Shown here: positions 10,201 through 20,100 of the stretch, one piece after another
Layout: every line of letters begins with the position of its first letter
How positions within the stretch are numbered: position 1 is the first letter of the stretch
Source: a virus
Lineage: Duplodnaviria; Caudoviricetes
Length of the DNA: 64,000 nt
Direction: 5' to 3' (one strand)
IMG/VR virus record: IMGVR_UViG_3300023435_000009
Position numbers and translations under genes: made by a program
Notes under the pieces: generated by a model
The model's database searches: none
What the model was told of the DNA's origin: nothing
Seen by the model: only the letters and a program-made list of their open reading frames with translations

Positions 10201-13200
10201 TGGCTTCGGGTGATCGTACCGTCAGCCAAGATCGCCAACCTCCAGGGTGTGGTGGAAGTCCCGAAAAACACCCACCCAGTCAAGGTGGAGCCGCCCAAGG
10301 CCAAGAGGAAGCAGTTTCCCTTCGTAGGGTACATCGACTTCCAGGGCATCAAGATTGACGTTGAGAATAAGCAGGGGGACGTGCGGAAGGGTGTCAGCCC
10401 TGATGGTGAAGAGTGGGAAACCCACATGTTCCACCATTATGGCGAAATTCGGAATACTGAGGGTACAGATGGCGATAAATTAGATGTTTATGTGGGGGAC
10501 AATCACGACTCTTCCCTGGCGGTCGTTGTCCACCAGCAGGATCCTGACTCAGGCAAGTTCGATGAGGACAAGGTCATGCTCGGCTTTGATTCGGTCGAGG
10601 AGGCCATCGGAGCCTACAAGAAGCAGTACGACCAGCCTGGGTTCTACGTTGAGGGCGAGCACCTGGAGATGCCCATAGGGCAGTTCTGGCGCTGGGTCAA
10701 TGAGGACCGGAACAAGGGTAAGAAGGTCAAGGATGCTGTTGTGCATACAGCGGCCCAGCACGCCCCCTCTACGGCCCCGACGTGGTTTCCCGAGGTAGAG
10801 GGGCGGGTCACAGACATAGCGGCGTCAGGGGACAACGACGAGGGTTGGAAGGCAGCGTCCCAGCGGAGGACTGCCGAGCATAATGACGATTACCAGAGAC
10901 GGGAGAAGGTGCTGCCGGAGGACCTAGACTTTGCCCGGAAGCACCATCTGCCCTTAGAAGAGGATCAGTATTGGGGCACTGTGGTGCCCCTTAAAGCGCT
11001 TTATACAAAGCGTCCCCAATACCACATTTTTGGCATGAACTTAGGTGATCAGAAGCGGTTTGTTTTCGCATCCATTCCTTTGTCCTTGTTAGTCCCGGCT
11101 CAAGAAACTGTCTCGTTGATAGGGCTGCATCGCTACACCGAAGGAAATGTGCGGAGTGACAAGGGTGTACCAGAAGTAGTGCTCTGTGAGTCAGCTTTTT
11201 TTGTCATGGAGGGGCACACCCGGTTGGCCGCAGAGAGGCTCAGAGGGCACTCACGGGCCGAGGTGAAGCTGTTCCTTTATGACGGTAAGAAGTTTCGGAA
11301 GCCTACAGATGAGGATCTGCCCTCATCTGTGCGGCTCCTTAAAAGGAGGCGGAGAGCAACCGCCGCCCAGCGGATAGCAGATCGTTACGTTGAGGGCCTG
11401 CAGATCAACCTGAACGTGGGTGACCCCGTTTTCTACGGGAAATGGAAGTCTTCGCCAGGTACCATCAAGGACTTCAAAACGGATCCCAAGAGCGGTGACC
11501 CTGTTGTGACGGTCGAACCTTATCCGAAGGGACGCAAGAAGCCGAAGGATCTCAAGCTCCTCAAGATCAGGGAGCGGCAGCCCAAGCCAGAAGAGAAGAA
11601 GGCTGGGATGCTGGAGCCGCCTCCGGCGATGGTGAAGTCTGTCCTTGAGTGGGTCATGGCCGTGACACAGAGCACTAAGGCGTTCCGGGCCAAGGAGGAT
11701 TTGGCAAAGGCTCAGGATGTCCTTCAGGCGTTGACAGCACTCAAGCGGGACATGACGAAGCAGCGGGGTGTTCTTGAGGACGCCGTTGCGGATCCGAAGG
11801 TCGGTGTCCGGGCCGAGTACGCAGCCCTTAAGCAGTACGTGGAGACCCTCTTTGAGGACAACCGGAGGACGGCGGTCTTTGTGCAGCGTCTCGTGTGGGG
11901 GCCTCCCAAGTTCAAGAAGTTCACTGAGGCCCACAACAAGGGTGACCTGCCAAGGTATGTGAGGTCAGTCGGTGACGAGGTAGACGAGGCCCTTGCGGAC
12001 AGGATGAAGGCCGTTAAGGGACAGGTCCAGAAGCTCCGGGCCGGGGCCGGTGGTCCCTCAAAGGTGCAGCCAATAATGCCCGGAAAGGAACTGGTAACCC
12101 GGATCCCCGTAGATCTGCGTGGGTGGAAGTACGAGGGGCAGGTTACCGTAGAGAAGGGGGTCAAGGGACTTGTAGATGTCATCACCAAGGCCATGGCCCG
12201 TAAGACGGACATCGATGAGGAGTCCCGGAAGTTCTTTGACGAGTTGATGGAGGGCAACAAGAAGCAGTGGCAGTCTATCGCTGTAAAGTTGGACCCGAAC
12301 CAGACCCCTCACGGGAGATGGCAGTCCGCAACCAAGATGCTGACCCTGAAGTTCGGTGGTCCCGAGAAGGACGCCGCATGGTACCGCCCCCTCATCGAAC
12401 ATGAGTTGCGGCACGTTGCACAGGATCTGATCAATTTCTCCGAGGGTCTGTATGACAGAGGGGGCCGACCTTCTCGTAAGATGCTTACTCCAGACTACAC
12501 CCAGCAGGACGAGGATGCGGCGAGGCAGAAGCTGAGGGCCGTGGGCATCGATCCACGTCAGGTAGCGATTCATCATCTGGACGATGTGGAGTTCTACACG
12601 GACCTGGCAGACGCTGTCGGAGAGTACAAGAGGCAGCAGCCAAAGTTCGACCATCTCCCTCGTAATGAGACCATCAGGTTCTTTGTGGGTGGGAAGGCCA
12701 ATCCTGAGGTGGCACAGGAACTTCGCAGTTTGCGGATGCACCCCCTCCCCTTCTTCACGACGTTGAAGAGGGTTCCTTCCGCAAGGGGTAAGTACCAGAA
12801 GGCTGTGAATGAACTGCTTAAGGCCACGGGCGGGTCCGCTACCAGGGTGGCTCTCCGTTACCTCCAGGGGAAGCAGGCTGGCGTGTTCCAGGGGCCACCG
12901 GCGCTGTTGAAGACCATCCAGGAGTGGGCGCTGGCCACCTACGCCGGACACATCCTCGCTGGGGTTGAGACAGACCTAGAAACGATCCTTGACGCCAAGG
13001 GGCCGATCAAGAGGGCCATCCAGGACATGGGCAAGGGATACGATGAGGTCACTAAGGCGGGCAGTCTTTCCGTTGGCGGATCCTTCAAGTTCCCGATGAC
13101 GGACACCTTCGGCGGTTCCAGTAGTCTCTCCAAGAGTGTCTGGGGGGTCAAAAGGACGGGGGAAGACGTCTACCTGATCGGGAAGGGTGACCGTTCCGTT

Positions 13201-16200
13201 TCCTGGAAGCCCCAACAGTTGCCCTGGCAGTGGGGTCGTGGACCGTGGACCCTTGAGGAAGTCAAAAAGCATCTGATGCCCTACATCAGCAGGGCGACGC
13301 AGAGGATGCGGTCGAAGCTGGATCAACCTGTTGTTGACCCCAACATGCCCAAGGCCGTGGAGTTAACCCTCCTGAAGCGAAAGTGCCTCCAGTACACGAC
13401 TAAGGCCAAGCATTACTCCGGGAAGGCCACCACTAAATTCAAGCTGGATCTGTCCGGTTGGAAGTACCTACCCAATCCCCGAGAGGCCGAAAAGCACATC
13501 AAGGATGAAGAAGGTTGGGATGTGGTGAAGGTGGTGCTGGACTTCAAGGGGAGCCAGACAAAGGGCGGCTACTGGTCCCTCAAGGAGAGGACCCTGGACG
13601 TAGAGATCGGGGCCGGGGCCACCAGCCACTATATCCGAACACCAGAGCAGGCCCGGACGGTGTCTCTGTTCGAGACAGGTATAACGCAGATCACAGGGAC
13701 TTGTCGTCATGAGGTCCAGCATATTGGACAGGATGCCCTGAGGCTCGCTAAGGGATTATCGGAGGACGCAGGTCTCCCTGGCCGCACTCTACGGAACCCG
13801 GACTTCACCCCCGAGGGGCGGAAGCTGCACGTCCCTGAGGGGGATGCTCCTTCTGGGAAGGTACACCCGCTTCGGGATGTGGAGTTCCATACCCGGATCC
13901 AGGACGAGATAGAGAAGTTCTCTCGCTTTGTGCGGAAGGGTGTTGTCGCCAAGGCTAAGATCAAGGAGGCCCTCCATATCTGGGTGGGGGCGTCCCCCGA
14001 GAATGAGATGAAGGATCCAGACGGCAAGGTCATCATGACCACGCAGCAGTTCTTCTACTCCCTGCGGAAGTACGAGAAGGGGAAGTGGCAGAAGGCCGTC
14101 GATGAGTTCAGGAAGGGTCTTATGCGGAAGGGTCTCCGGATCAGTTCTGAGGACATCCAGTCGGCCATGACGCAGAGGGTCAGGCAGGACCAGGAGTACT
14201 TTGCCTCGCTCTTGGGCACTGTCGCTCAGATCCAGTCCGAGATCGATGCTCATCCCGATTATTACTCTACATCGGACAAGAACAGGAAGCTCTGGTTGGC
14301 GTGGAAAGATCTGGCTTTGCTAGGGGATCGGCTGGCCAGGGCCGTGTTGGATCAGAAGAGCATCCCGCCGGGCAAGAATAAAGCCTTCGAGTTGGCTGCT
14401 CGTGCCTTCATCTCTATACGGGGGACTCCCCGTGACATTGAGAAGTGGATGGTGAAGAACAAGCGGCACATCAACCTTCTCAACGACACCGTAGACTGGC
14501 CAGACAAGTCAGAGGACGAGAAGCTCAAGGTGGGGGCCTTTACGGTACACAACACCCTTGGGTTGGAAGGGGCGGACCTTGACCGAAGTAAGAAGAACGT
14601 TCAGAAGGCTGAGTCGCTGATTCGTCGGATGCCCTTTCCGAAGGGACTCAAACAGGTTCTTTATGGGGACGTTTACATAGTAGCTCGGCTAAACAAAACC
14701 AAAACGTGGGCCTTCTACTACCCTCGGGACGACAACGTCTATGTCAGGGCTGACACCAAGGGTGTGTTGGGAGAGACTCACAGCCTTATTCACGAACTGG
14801 CTCATCGCTATTGGGAACAGTTCGCATCCGTTTCCAAGAAGCACGCCTGGATCCGCCACCACGCCCATATGTCCGGCAAGAGCATGCCCGCCGAGAAGAT
14901 GCCGATGCCGAACGTTGGGGAGACTCTCCCCCTCAAGATTCCGGGTGCCCCTCGGGGGTTCGAACCTGTGGTTTCCCATGTCCATGCCGGGAAGTACTGG
15001 TTCGATGTGCCCTCCAAGGATGGGAAGACGACCAGGACGATGAACTACCCCGTCCACGAGATGGCGAAGTTCCTTTATGACCGGGACGAGAGGACAAAGC
15101 GGCGGGAGACCTTCCCGACCCCCTATGCAGCGAAGAACGCTGAGGAACACTTCTGTGAATCCACGGCATTGAGGGCATTGGGCAAACTGAAGGGGTCAAA
15201 CTTGGATGAGTACGACCGAATCTGGGGTGGCTCAGGGGGGCGGGTGGCCAGTCAGGACTCATCAGTAGAGGCCAAAGTGGACTTCTCTGGCACTCGTTGG
15301 GTAGTGGCACCCCCGTCCAAGTTGGACGAGGCACAGGCTGAAACCGTTTGGCAGGTTTATCATACATCCTATGGGAACCTTGGTGAACACATCTCAAACC
15401 TGTCGGAGCTGTTGTCCAAGTACCAGTTGTTCTGGCTCGTGGATGTAGACGGGGATGAGAAACCGGATGCGTTCATTGCCTATAAAAAGACCCCAGCGGG
15501 TAAGAAGATAGGTGTTATCGGTTCTGACGGGTCTCCGTTGGCCAAGCGACTAGTGGTACGGAAACTCCTCCAGTTGTTTCAGGGCAACGGGTACTACGTC
15601 GAGGCTTCGGGACGACCGGCACAAATGCTAGACTCCGCTGGGGTGCCCCATGTGACGGATCAGGCTGATGTGGAGGCCGTGATGGCTCCGAAAAAGATCC
15701 ACTGGTTGGGGGACGGTAAGTACACCAGGGCCATTGGTGGTTTGGGGACGAAGGAGAAACGCTTGTACGGACATCCCAGGATCCCACGAGCACGTAAGCA
15801 GGCACGTCGGTTGGCCACCCGCTGGCTCAGGTCCTCTGCGAGCATCCCGGCCCAGCAGATTGCAGCACGTTATCTGGAGGCCGGTGCCTACCCCACAAGC
15901 CGTTTGGTGGAGGGTCCACTCATTGACGGGCATATCCCACCGAGAACCCCACAGGGACGGCCTCCGGCGTATTTATACCGCTCTATGCCGGTGGCGGAGT
16001 ACGAGGCAGCAGTGTCTCGGGGTCAGATGCGGGGGCGTCCGCTCCACGCCGCAGGCGAGCCTGTTTTCTACACCCTCAACCCAGGCGAGAACGTCCTGGT
16101 CGCAATAGAGTACCGTGACCGAGATGGCTGGGACTCCAAGGTGGGTATGGGAGGCAGCACCATTTACGCCATCACCCACGACGCTATTCCGATGTCGAGA

Positions 16201-16335
16201 GTTGCTGAGTTGGCACGGGGGGCCAAGGGGGATCTGAAACGGTGGAAGTCCGCTGCCAAGTTCAAGGACAAGAAGAAGGTCAAGAAGCAGGATGGCGGCG
16301 AGATGACCGGAGGTAAAGCTGATGTGTTCTTCTAA
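7237..16335 (+). CDS. Giant multidomain (polyvalent) protein, 3032 aa
   Basis: Domains read by motif: 2H phosphoesterase (HST 7366, HVT 7642); class II CCA/poly(A) nucleotidyltransferase (GGAVR, DID, RRDF, FSDDPSR); HExxH peptidases (9802, 12400, 13708, 14791); phage pyrophosphatase (YGEI..DGDKLDVYVG..DEDKVMLG); ParB-like (EGHTR); SH3/KOW-like; GNAT-like. Confidence 0.85.
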   Translation: MKRADAENGKKTGDRSDVGLFIPLPGDLASQFPDLGSNDQSVPHSTFLFVGSVPQGREERLLEVVRGVLAELSGPVRAQLASDIEYFVHPAKQRRVAVLPVRFSHDLAAIRWKLRDALVDDGFDVDDSFPLIYRPHVTLEYLNDLDETYVGTVPSGGWSLNGIEVWGLPRVVEVPFSSVSKLAHRHVESKAHHRSVALMKFLSGVARKLGVGNDVYVVGGAVRNFVLDPTGLKYPIKDIDVVIDPVALRRPDASDWFAQKVKRAIPVDVSLVTNSYGVSIVTITGDWILDGVSMAGEVIEIANARTESYGGTAGKGYKPHLVEPATIEEDVKRRDFSFNTLLWRMHDLANGPDQVAILDLTGCGMKDLQDGWMRCPSKPDRTFSDDPSRMVRTIKFMLKYGFKISSEVKASIKKNAPKLKNIPPGHLSNMIIETFFTPGVGKKALLEMDKLGLLEVTRDIARKDKKFRQALANWADAHASVEFIFDLMDLGMPSGKRLGFLKPAQKDRVREITVQMDADGSDAFVRLLEQPGKVLDMPGLITEYGFKGAEIRALVEAARTALLDEPLLASSGRKWEDKIRRRLGKPAGKTAGNEAHVVASKPVVIDEVHLKKLKKDFLTFTRQIKKPKDYDQARYMADAYTRWRVQFEDFIKRLWKYMDGLHWRHPNLFSENDRDYWRRVVGEDTWVLQTENFPLQHPDDYWTEEQCVAEFEQRRGPWVRKVQRGAREAWSRLDDFVSWMETNRLQALQTEGDKVTLEYPEVYKENIDGFQLTFKGIEPDDRAEVKGFLAGLKRYKALAAKRMPLLLRRKLPIVVNSMGEVGLEWGGQYHTRYIDFNLASSSSSGIQNRTVHVLAHEMGHHIFKSLGSKSRKFWDTLIRGDMEPLDLKKIYPLMKAGEDLQWLAFDIEEKDPILALQLTGVSEDWRWKHNVPTKEKVKEFIDGGEVQIHVPKRPITYYASKNPEEAFCEVVGLLVANGPGSVDNEILHWLRVIVPSAKIANLQGVVEVPKNTHPVKVEPPKAKRKQFPFVGYIDFQGIKIDVENKQGDVRKGVSPDGEEWETHMFHHYGEIRNTEGTDGDKLDVYVGDNHDSSLAVVVHQQDPDSGKFDEDKVMLGFDSVEEAIGAYKKQYDQPGFYVEGEHLEMPIGQFWRWVNEDRNKGKKVKDAVVHTAAQHAPSTAPTWFPEVEGRVTDIAASGDNDEGWKAASQRRTAEHNDDYQRREKVLPEDLDFARKHHLPLEEDQYWGTVVPLKALYTKRPQYHIFGMNLGDQKRFVFASIPLSLLVPAQETVSLIGLHRYTEGNVRSDKGVPEVVLCESAFFVMEGHTRLAAERLRGHSRAEVKLFLYDGKKFRKPTDEDLPSSVRLLKRRRRATAAQRIADRYVEGLQINLNVGDPVFYGKWKSSPGTIKDFKTDPKSGDPVVTVEPYPKGRKKPKDLKLLKIRERQPKPEEKKAGMLEPPPAMVKSVLEWVMAVTQSTKAFRAKEDLAKAQDVLQALTALKRDMTKQRGVLEDAVADPKVGVRAEYAALKQYVETLFEDNRRTAVFVQRLVWGPPKFKKFTEAHNKGDLPRYVRSVGDEVDEALADRMKAVKGQVQKLRAGAGGPSKVQPIMPGKELVTRIPVDLRGWKYEGQVTVEKGVKGLVDVITKAMARKTDIDEESRKFFDELMEGNKKQWQSIAVKLDPNQTPHGRWQSATKMLTLKFGGPEKDAAWYRPLIEHELRHVAQDLINFSEGLYDRGGRPSRKMLTPDYTQQDEDAARQKLRAVGIDPRQVAIHHLDDVEFYTDLADAVGEYKRQQPKFDHLPRNETIRFFVGGKANPEVAQELRSLRMHPLPFFTTLKRVPSARGKYQKAVNELLKATGGSATRVALRYLQGKQAGVFQGPPALLKTIQEWALATYAGHILAGVETDLETILDAKGPIKRAIQDMGKGYDEVTKAGSLSVGGSFKFPMTDTFGGSSSLSKSVWGVKRTGEDVYLIGKGDRSVSWKPQQLPWQWGRGPWTLEEVKKHLMPYISRATQRMRSKLDQPVVDPNMPKAVELTLLKRKCLQYTTKAKHYSGKATTKFKLDLSGWKYLPNPREAEKHIKDEEGWDVVKVVLDFKGSQTKGGYWSLKERTLDVEIGAGATSHYIRTPEQARTVSLFETGITQITGTCRHEVQHIGQDALRLAKGLSEDAGLPGRTLRNPDFTPEGRKLHVPEGDAPSGKVHPLRDVEFHTRIQDEIEKFSRFVRKGVVAKAKIKEALHIWVGASPENEMKDPDGKVIMTTQQFFYSLRKYEKGKWQKAVDEFRKGLMRKGLRISSEDIQSAMTQRVRQDQEYFASLLGTVAQIQSEIDAHPDYYSTSDKNRKLWLAWKDLALLGDRLARAVLDQKSIPPGKNKAFELAARAFISIRGTPRDIEKWMVKNKRHINLLNDTVDWPDKSEDEKLKVGAFTVHNTLGLEGADLDRSKKNVQKAESLIRRMPFPKGLKQVLYGDVYIVARLNKTKTWAFYYPRDDNVYVRADTKGVLGETHSLIHELAHRYWEQFASVSKKHAWIRHHAHMSGKSMPAEKMPMPNVGETLPLKIPGAPRGFEPVVSHVHAGKYWFDVPSKDGKTTRTMNYPVHEMAKFLYDRDERTKRRETFPTPYAAKNAEEHFCESTALRALGKLKGSNLDEYDRIWGGSGGRVASQDSSVEAKVDFSGTRWVVAPPSKLDEAQAETVWQVYHTSYGNLGEHISNLSELLSKYQLFWLVDVDGDEKPDAFIAYKKTPAGKKIGVIGSDGSPLAKRLVVRKLLQLFQGNGYYVEASGRPAQMLDSAGVPHVTDQADVEAVMAPKKIHWLGDGKYTRAIGGLGTKEKRLYGHPRIPRARKQARRLATRWLRSSASIPAQQIAARYLEAGAYPTSRLVEGPLIDGHIPPRTPQGRPPAYLYRSMPVAEYEAAVSRGQMRGRPLHAAGEPVFYTLNPGENVLVAIEYRDRDGWDSKVGMGGSTIYAITHDAIPMSRVAELARGAKGDLKRWKSAAKFKDKKKVKKQDGGEMTGGKADVFF

Positions 16336-17152
16336 CTTTATCGGACAGGTTTATTCCTTGCATGATCCTGTGACACAGGAGTTGCGTTATGTTGGACAAA
16401 CAACACACACACTGGAACATCGTTTGAAACAACACTTGAAGCAGTTGAAAAAAAGCACACACAAAAACAACTGGATTCGGTCTCTTCTTCCTAGTCGACC
16501 TTTGATTCGGCACGTTTGTTTCGCTGCCTCTCAGTCTGAATTGGATCTTCTGGAGATAGGCCACATCGCAAAAACAAAAACCTCTGGGTGTCGTCTGACT
16601 AATGCAACTACAGGGGGGAGGGGAGGGAGGCATTCTGCTGAGACCATCGCAAAAATGAGAGTGGCACACACAGGAAAAGTGTTTTCACAGGAGGCTCGAC
16701 AAAACATGTCCAAGGCAAAAAAGGGTCATCCTGTTTCGGAAGAGACCAGACGTAAAATTGCTGCCGCAAATACAGGACATGTGCCATCGCTGGACACTCG
16801 AACCAAATTAAGTTTAGCACTTCTTGGCCATACCGTTACAAGTGAGACGAGACAACGCATCTCAGAGGGTAACAAGGGCAAAGAGCGTACTGCTGCTTTT
16901 CGAAGACATCTATCGAAAATTAACCTTGGAAAGAAACACACGGAAGAGTCTAGGCTTCGAATGTCGGGGCGGGTGATGCCTGAGGAGACCCGACAGAAAA
17001 TTTCTAGGGCATTGAAAGGGCGAGCAAAAGAGGGGATGTCCGAAGAAACCAAGCGTAAGATTTCGGATGCCAAAAAAGGAAAGACACTGTCCTTTGAGAC
17101 CAGGCAACGAATGTCAGAGGCGCAAAAAGTCCGATGGGCAAAACAAAAATGA
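16322..17152 (+). mobile_element. Free-standing GIY-YIG homing endonuclease with NUMOD3 repeats
   Basis: VYSLHDP..RYVGQT..RLKQH N-terminal domain; about seven H/V-SxETRxKIS repeats; AT-richer than flanks. Confidence 0.85.
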
Positions 17153-20100
17153 AGACCTTTTTTGATGATGAAAGGGTGGTGCGCCGGATTGCAACCCTGT
17201 ACGTATGCCGGGTTGCACAGGATCACAAATACAAAAAAAGGCACAAGTCCCCTGGCGGAACTAAGATATACGAGTACAGCGACCGTCATGTGAACGACCG
17301 GAACAAGGGCAAAGCCCAGAAGGTTGAAAAGCTTCGGCATGGCATCACCAAGCTCCGGGGTCAGGTCCATAAGGATCTCAAGTCCAAGGATGAGAAGACC
17401 CGTGCAACGGCCCTGGCTGTTGGTCTCATGGACGCCACCTACGAAAGAATTGGTAATCCGACTTCTGCCAAAGAGGGCCATTTTGGGGTCACTGGATGGA
17501 AGGCCCAACACATCACATTTTCCGGGGGCACAGCCACCATCAAGTACGTTGGGAAATCCGGCGTGAAGCATGAGAAGGTCATCAGCACCCCAGGTTCTGT
17601 GGCGGCGCTCAAGGCTGCTGTGAAGGGTAAGAAGCCCGGAGACACCGTGGTGGACGCCTCAGCAGAGGATGTGAACGGATACCTCAAGCCCTTCGGTGTC
17701 ACCGCCAAAGATATTCGTGGCTTTCATGCTAATACAGAGATGCAAACCCGGCTCAAGGCTATCCGGTCCAAGGGCGGCAAGCTGCCCACCGACAAAAAGG
17801 AGCGAGAGAAGGCCCTCAAGGAGGAGTTCAAGAAGGCCCTGGCTGAGACAGCCGAGGCGGTAGGGCATGAGGCAGCTACGTTGAAGAGCCAGTACCTTGT
17901 GCCAGGTTTGGAGTCCGATTTCCTTAAGGATGGAACGGTCAACGACAAGATGGTGAAGAAAGGCTCAGAGTTGGCACACCGCTGGTTGAAGACGGCCATC
18001 ATCAACATCAACAACGCCACCGATGGTCCCGAAGGAGATCTGATGTTGAGGGGCGACTACGGGCTCCAGTCCAGCCTGACTTACTACGAGCAGGCGATCA
18101 TGCAGGATTTGATCATCCACCACCACCCGATCCTGAACACTCCCGAGGGGTATACGCTCAGGGGGCACAAGGTCGGCCCCAGTGCTGTGTGTGAGTTGAT
18201 GGGAGCCGGATACCTGGAGGACCATGGCGGGGAGATATACTTGTCCCCTATGTACGAAGCCAAGCAGAAGCTCTACCGGACAGCCTCTTCATCCAGACTG
18301 ATCCTGTTGTATGAGCGGCACTACCCACCCGAGGACAGGTCCATCGAGCATTACGCTGCTTGGCGCAACAGCCTGACCCTCCCGATGGCCCGGACGGCAG
18401 CCTATGACATCATCAGACACTGCCCCCATTGTCAGTGCGTCCTGCACGACGGTCCTCGCTACCATGAGCACTGCGACGACTGTGGGTACGACGTAGATTT
18501 CCCAGGCGGACGGGAGCGTCTGAAGGACGGGGAATGGACACCCATCCCCGAGGATGACCCCCGGCTGGTCCTGTTCAAAGAGAAGAAGGCAACGCAACTG
18601 GATGCTTTCGAGAAGATGTGGCGGACGGCAACCAAGACCCACGGGGAACGTGAGGACGAGGAAGCCGAGCGGTTGCTACGCCCCGAGCCTAAGAAGAAGC
18701 CCCCCCGGAATGATCTCCGCCGGGAGCAGATGAACACGGACAAGGACAAGGACACAGAGTCGGAGGGTGCTGACGGGGACAAGGACCTCTCTTTGAATTA
18801 CAAGCGGATTGCCCTGCGCTGGCTCGCTGCGGCTGGTGAACACAAGCCCGGCGAGGTGTGGCAGACGGAGTCCGGTTGGGCAGGGCAGAACCCAGACGGT
18901 GTCCCTCATACCTTCAAGGATCGGACGAAAGCCGAAGCCTACGCCAAGGGTCAGTCCGAGGCCCCTGAGGACGAGGAGAAAGCTGCCCCTGAGGAGGAGC
19001 AGTCCCCTGAGACCACCCCTCAGCCTGAGGAACCGAAGAAGAAGCCGAAGCCCCGGAAGGATCCTGAGCAGGTTCGATTTGACCGGAAGGTCCAACGGGA
19101 GGTGAAGAACCTGAGGGCAGAACGTAAGGGTGTCAAGGACGCCAAGGTGGAGCTTCGTCAGGCCAAAAAGGATCTCAAGGAGGCTCGTGCAGAACTCAAG
19201 GCAACCCAGAAGGGAACGCCTGGGTACGTCATAGCTAAGGATACAGTCGACACTGCCAAGGAGTTGGTGGACCAGGCCCAGGAACAGTTGGACACGGCAA
19301 CGGAGTCTTTCGAGGCCACCAAAAAGCGGGTGGAGGAGATAAAGTCAGAGCGGGTGGAACGCTACCCCGACAGCAATACGGAGTTGGGCCGTATTCGTTT
19401 GCTCCTTCGAGAGTTTGATCAGACGTCAGATGATGACAATGACGGGAGTATGAGGGCCGAGACGCTTGAGGATAAACTCTCCAAGTACGACGTTGCTTCT
19501 CAGGAGCAGGCAGCCTCTGCTTTCCAGAAGGAAAGCACCTCCTTGGCCCATCAGGAGTTAACCCCTGAGTTGGTTCAGGAGATCGTGGCAGCCGAGAAGC
19601 AGCTTAAAAAGAAGGGCCTGTCCGCCGAGGTTTTCGGGGAGTTGACTGCCCGTGTGATGTTCGGGCACAGCATCCTGGCGAACCCCACCAAGGTTTCGCC
19701 TATGCGTGGAGTCGAGGTGGATGGTGCGGAGCAGGCGAAGATCGCCAGAGACTCCTACGATCACTACTCTAAGCTCAATCCCGAACTCCGGGCCAACGCA
19801 TTCCGGCAGGCAGCGGAGGAACTCAAAAAGCACCCGGACGATTCACCCGATAGTGTCCATCTGTCCCGTGTGGTGGATGGTCTCTACCTGGCCTCAGTAG
19901 CGGCTGGGGATGATGACTCCGTGAGGGAGACGGACGGGAAGAGACTCATTCCTGAGCCGTCCGGCATCTTCAAGGCCCTGGTTAAGATGCAGAAGGGCGA
20001 CGACAGTTTTGGGAGCGAATCAGGTGACCTTGTAGATCTCATGTCTACTGAGTTCTATGGACCCAAGGGAAGGGCTGCACTGCGGACCCGGATCTCAGAA

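Noticed and set aside
14791-14814. HELAHRYW as another copy of the loading motif
   Set aside because: It is the zinc-binding HExxH of a peptidase; the similarity is coincidental, so it was not counted.
16310-17200. Group I intron around the NUMOD3 endonuclease
   Set aside because: The endonuclease overlaps both flanking ORFs, leaving no non-coding space for a ribozyme core.
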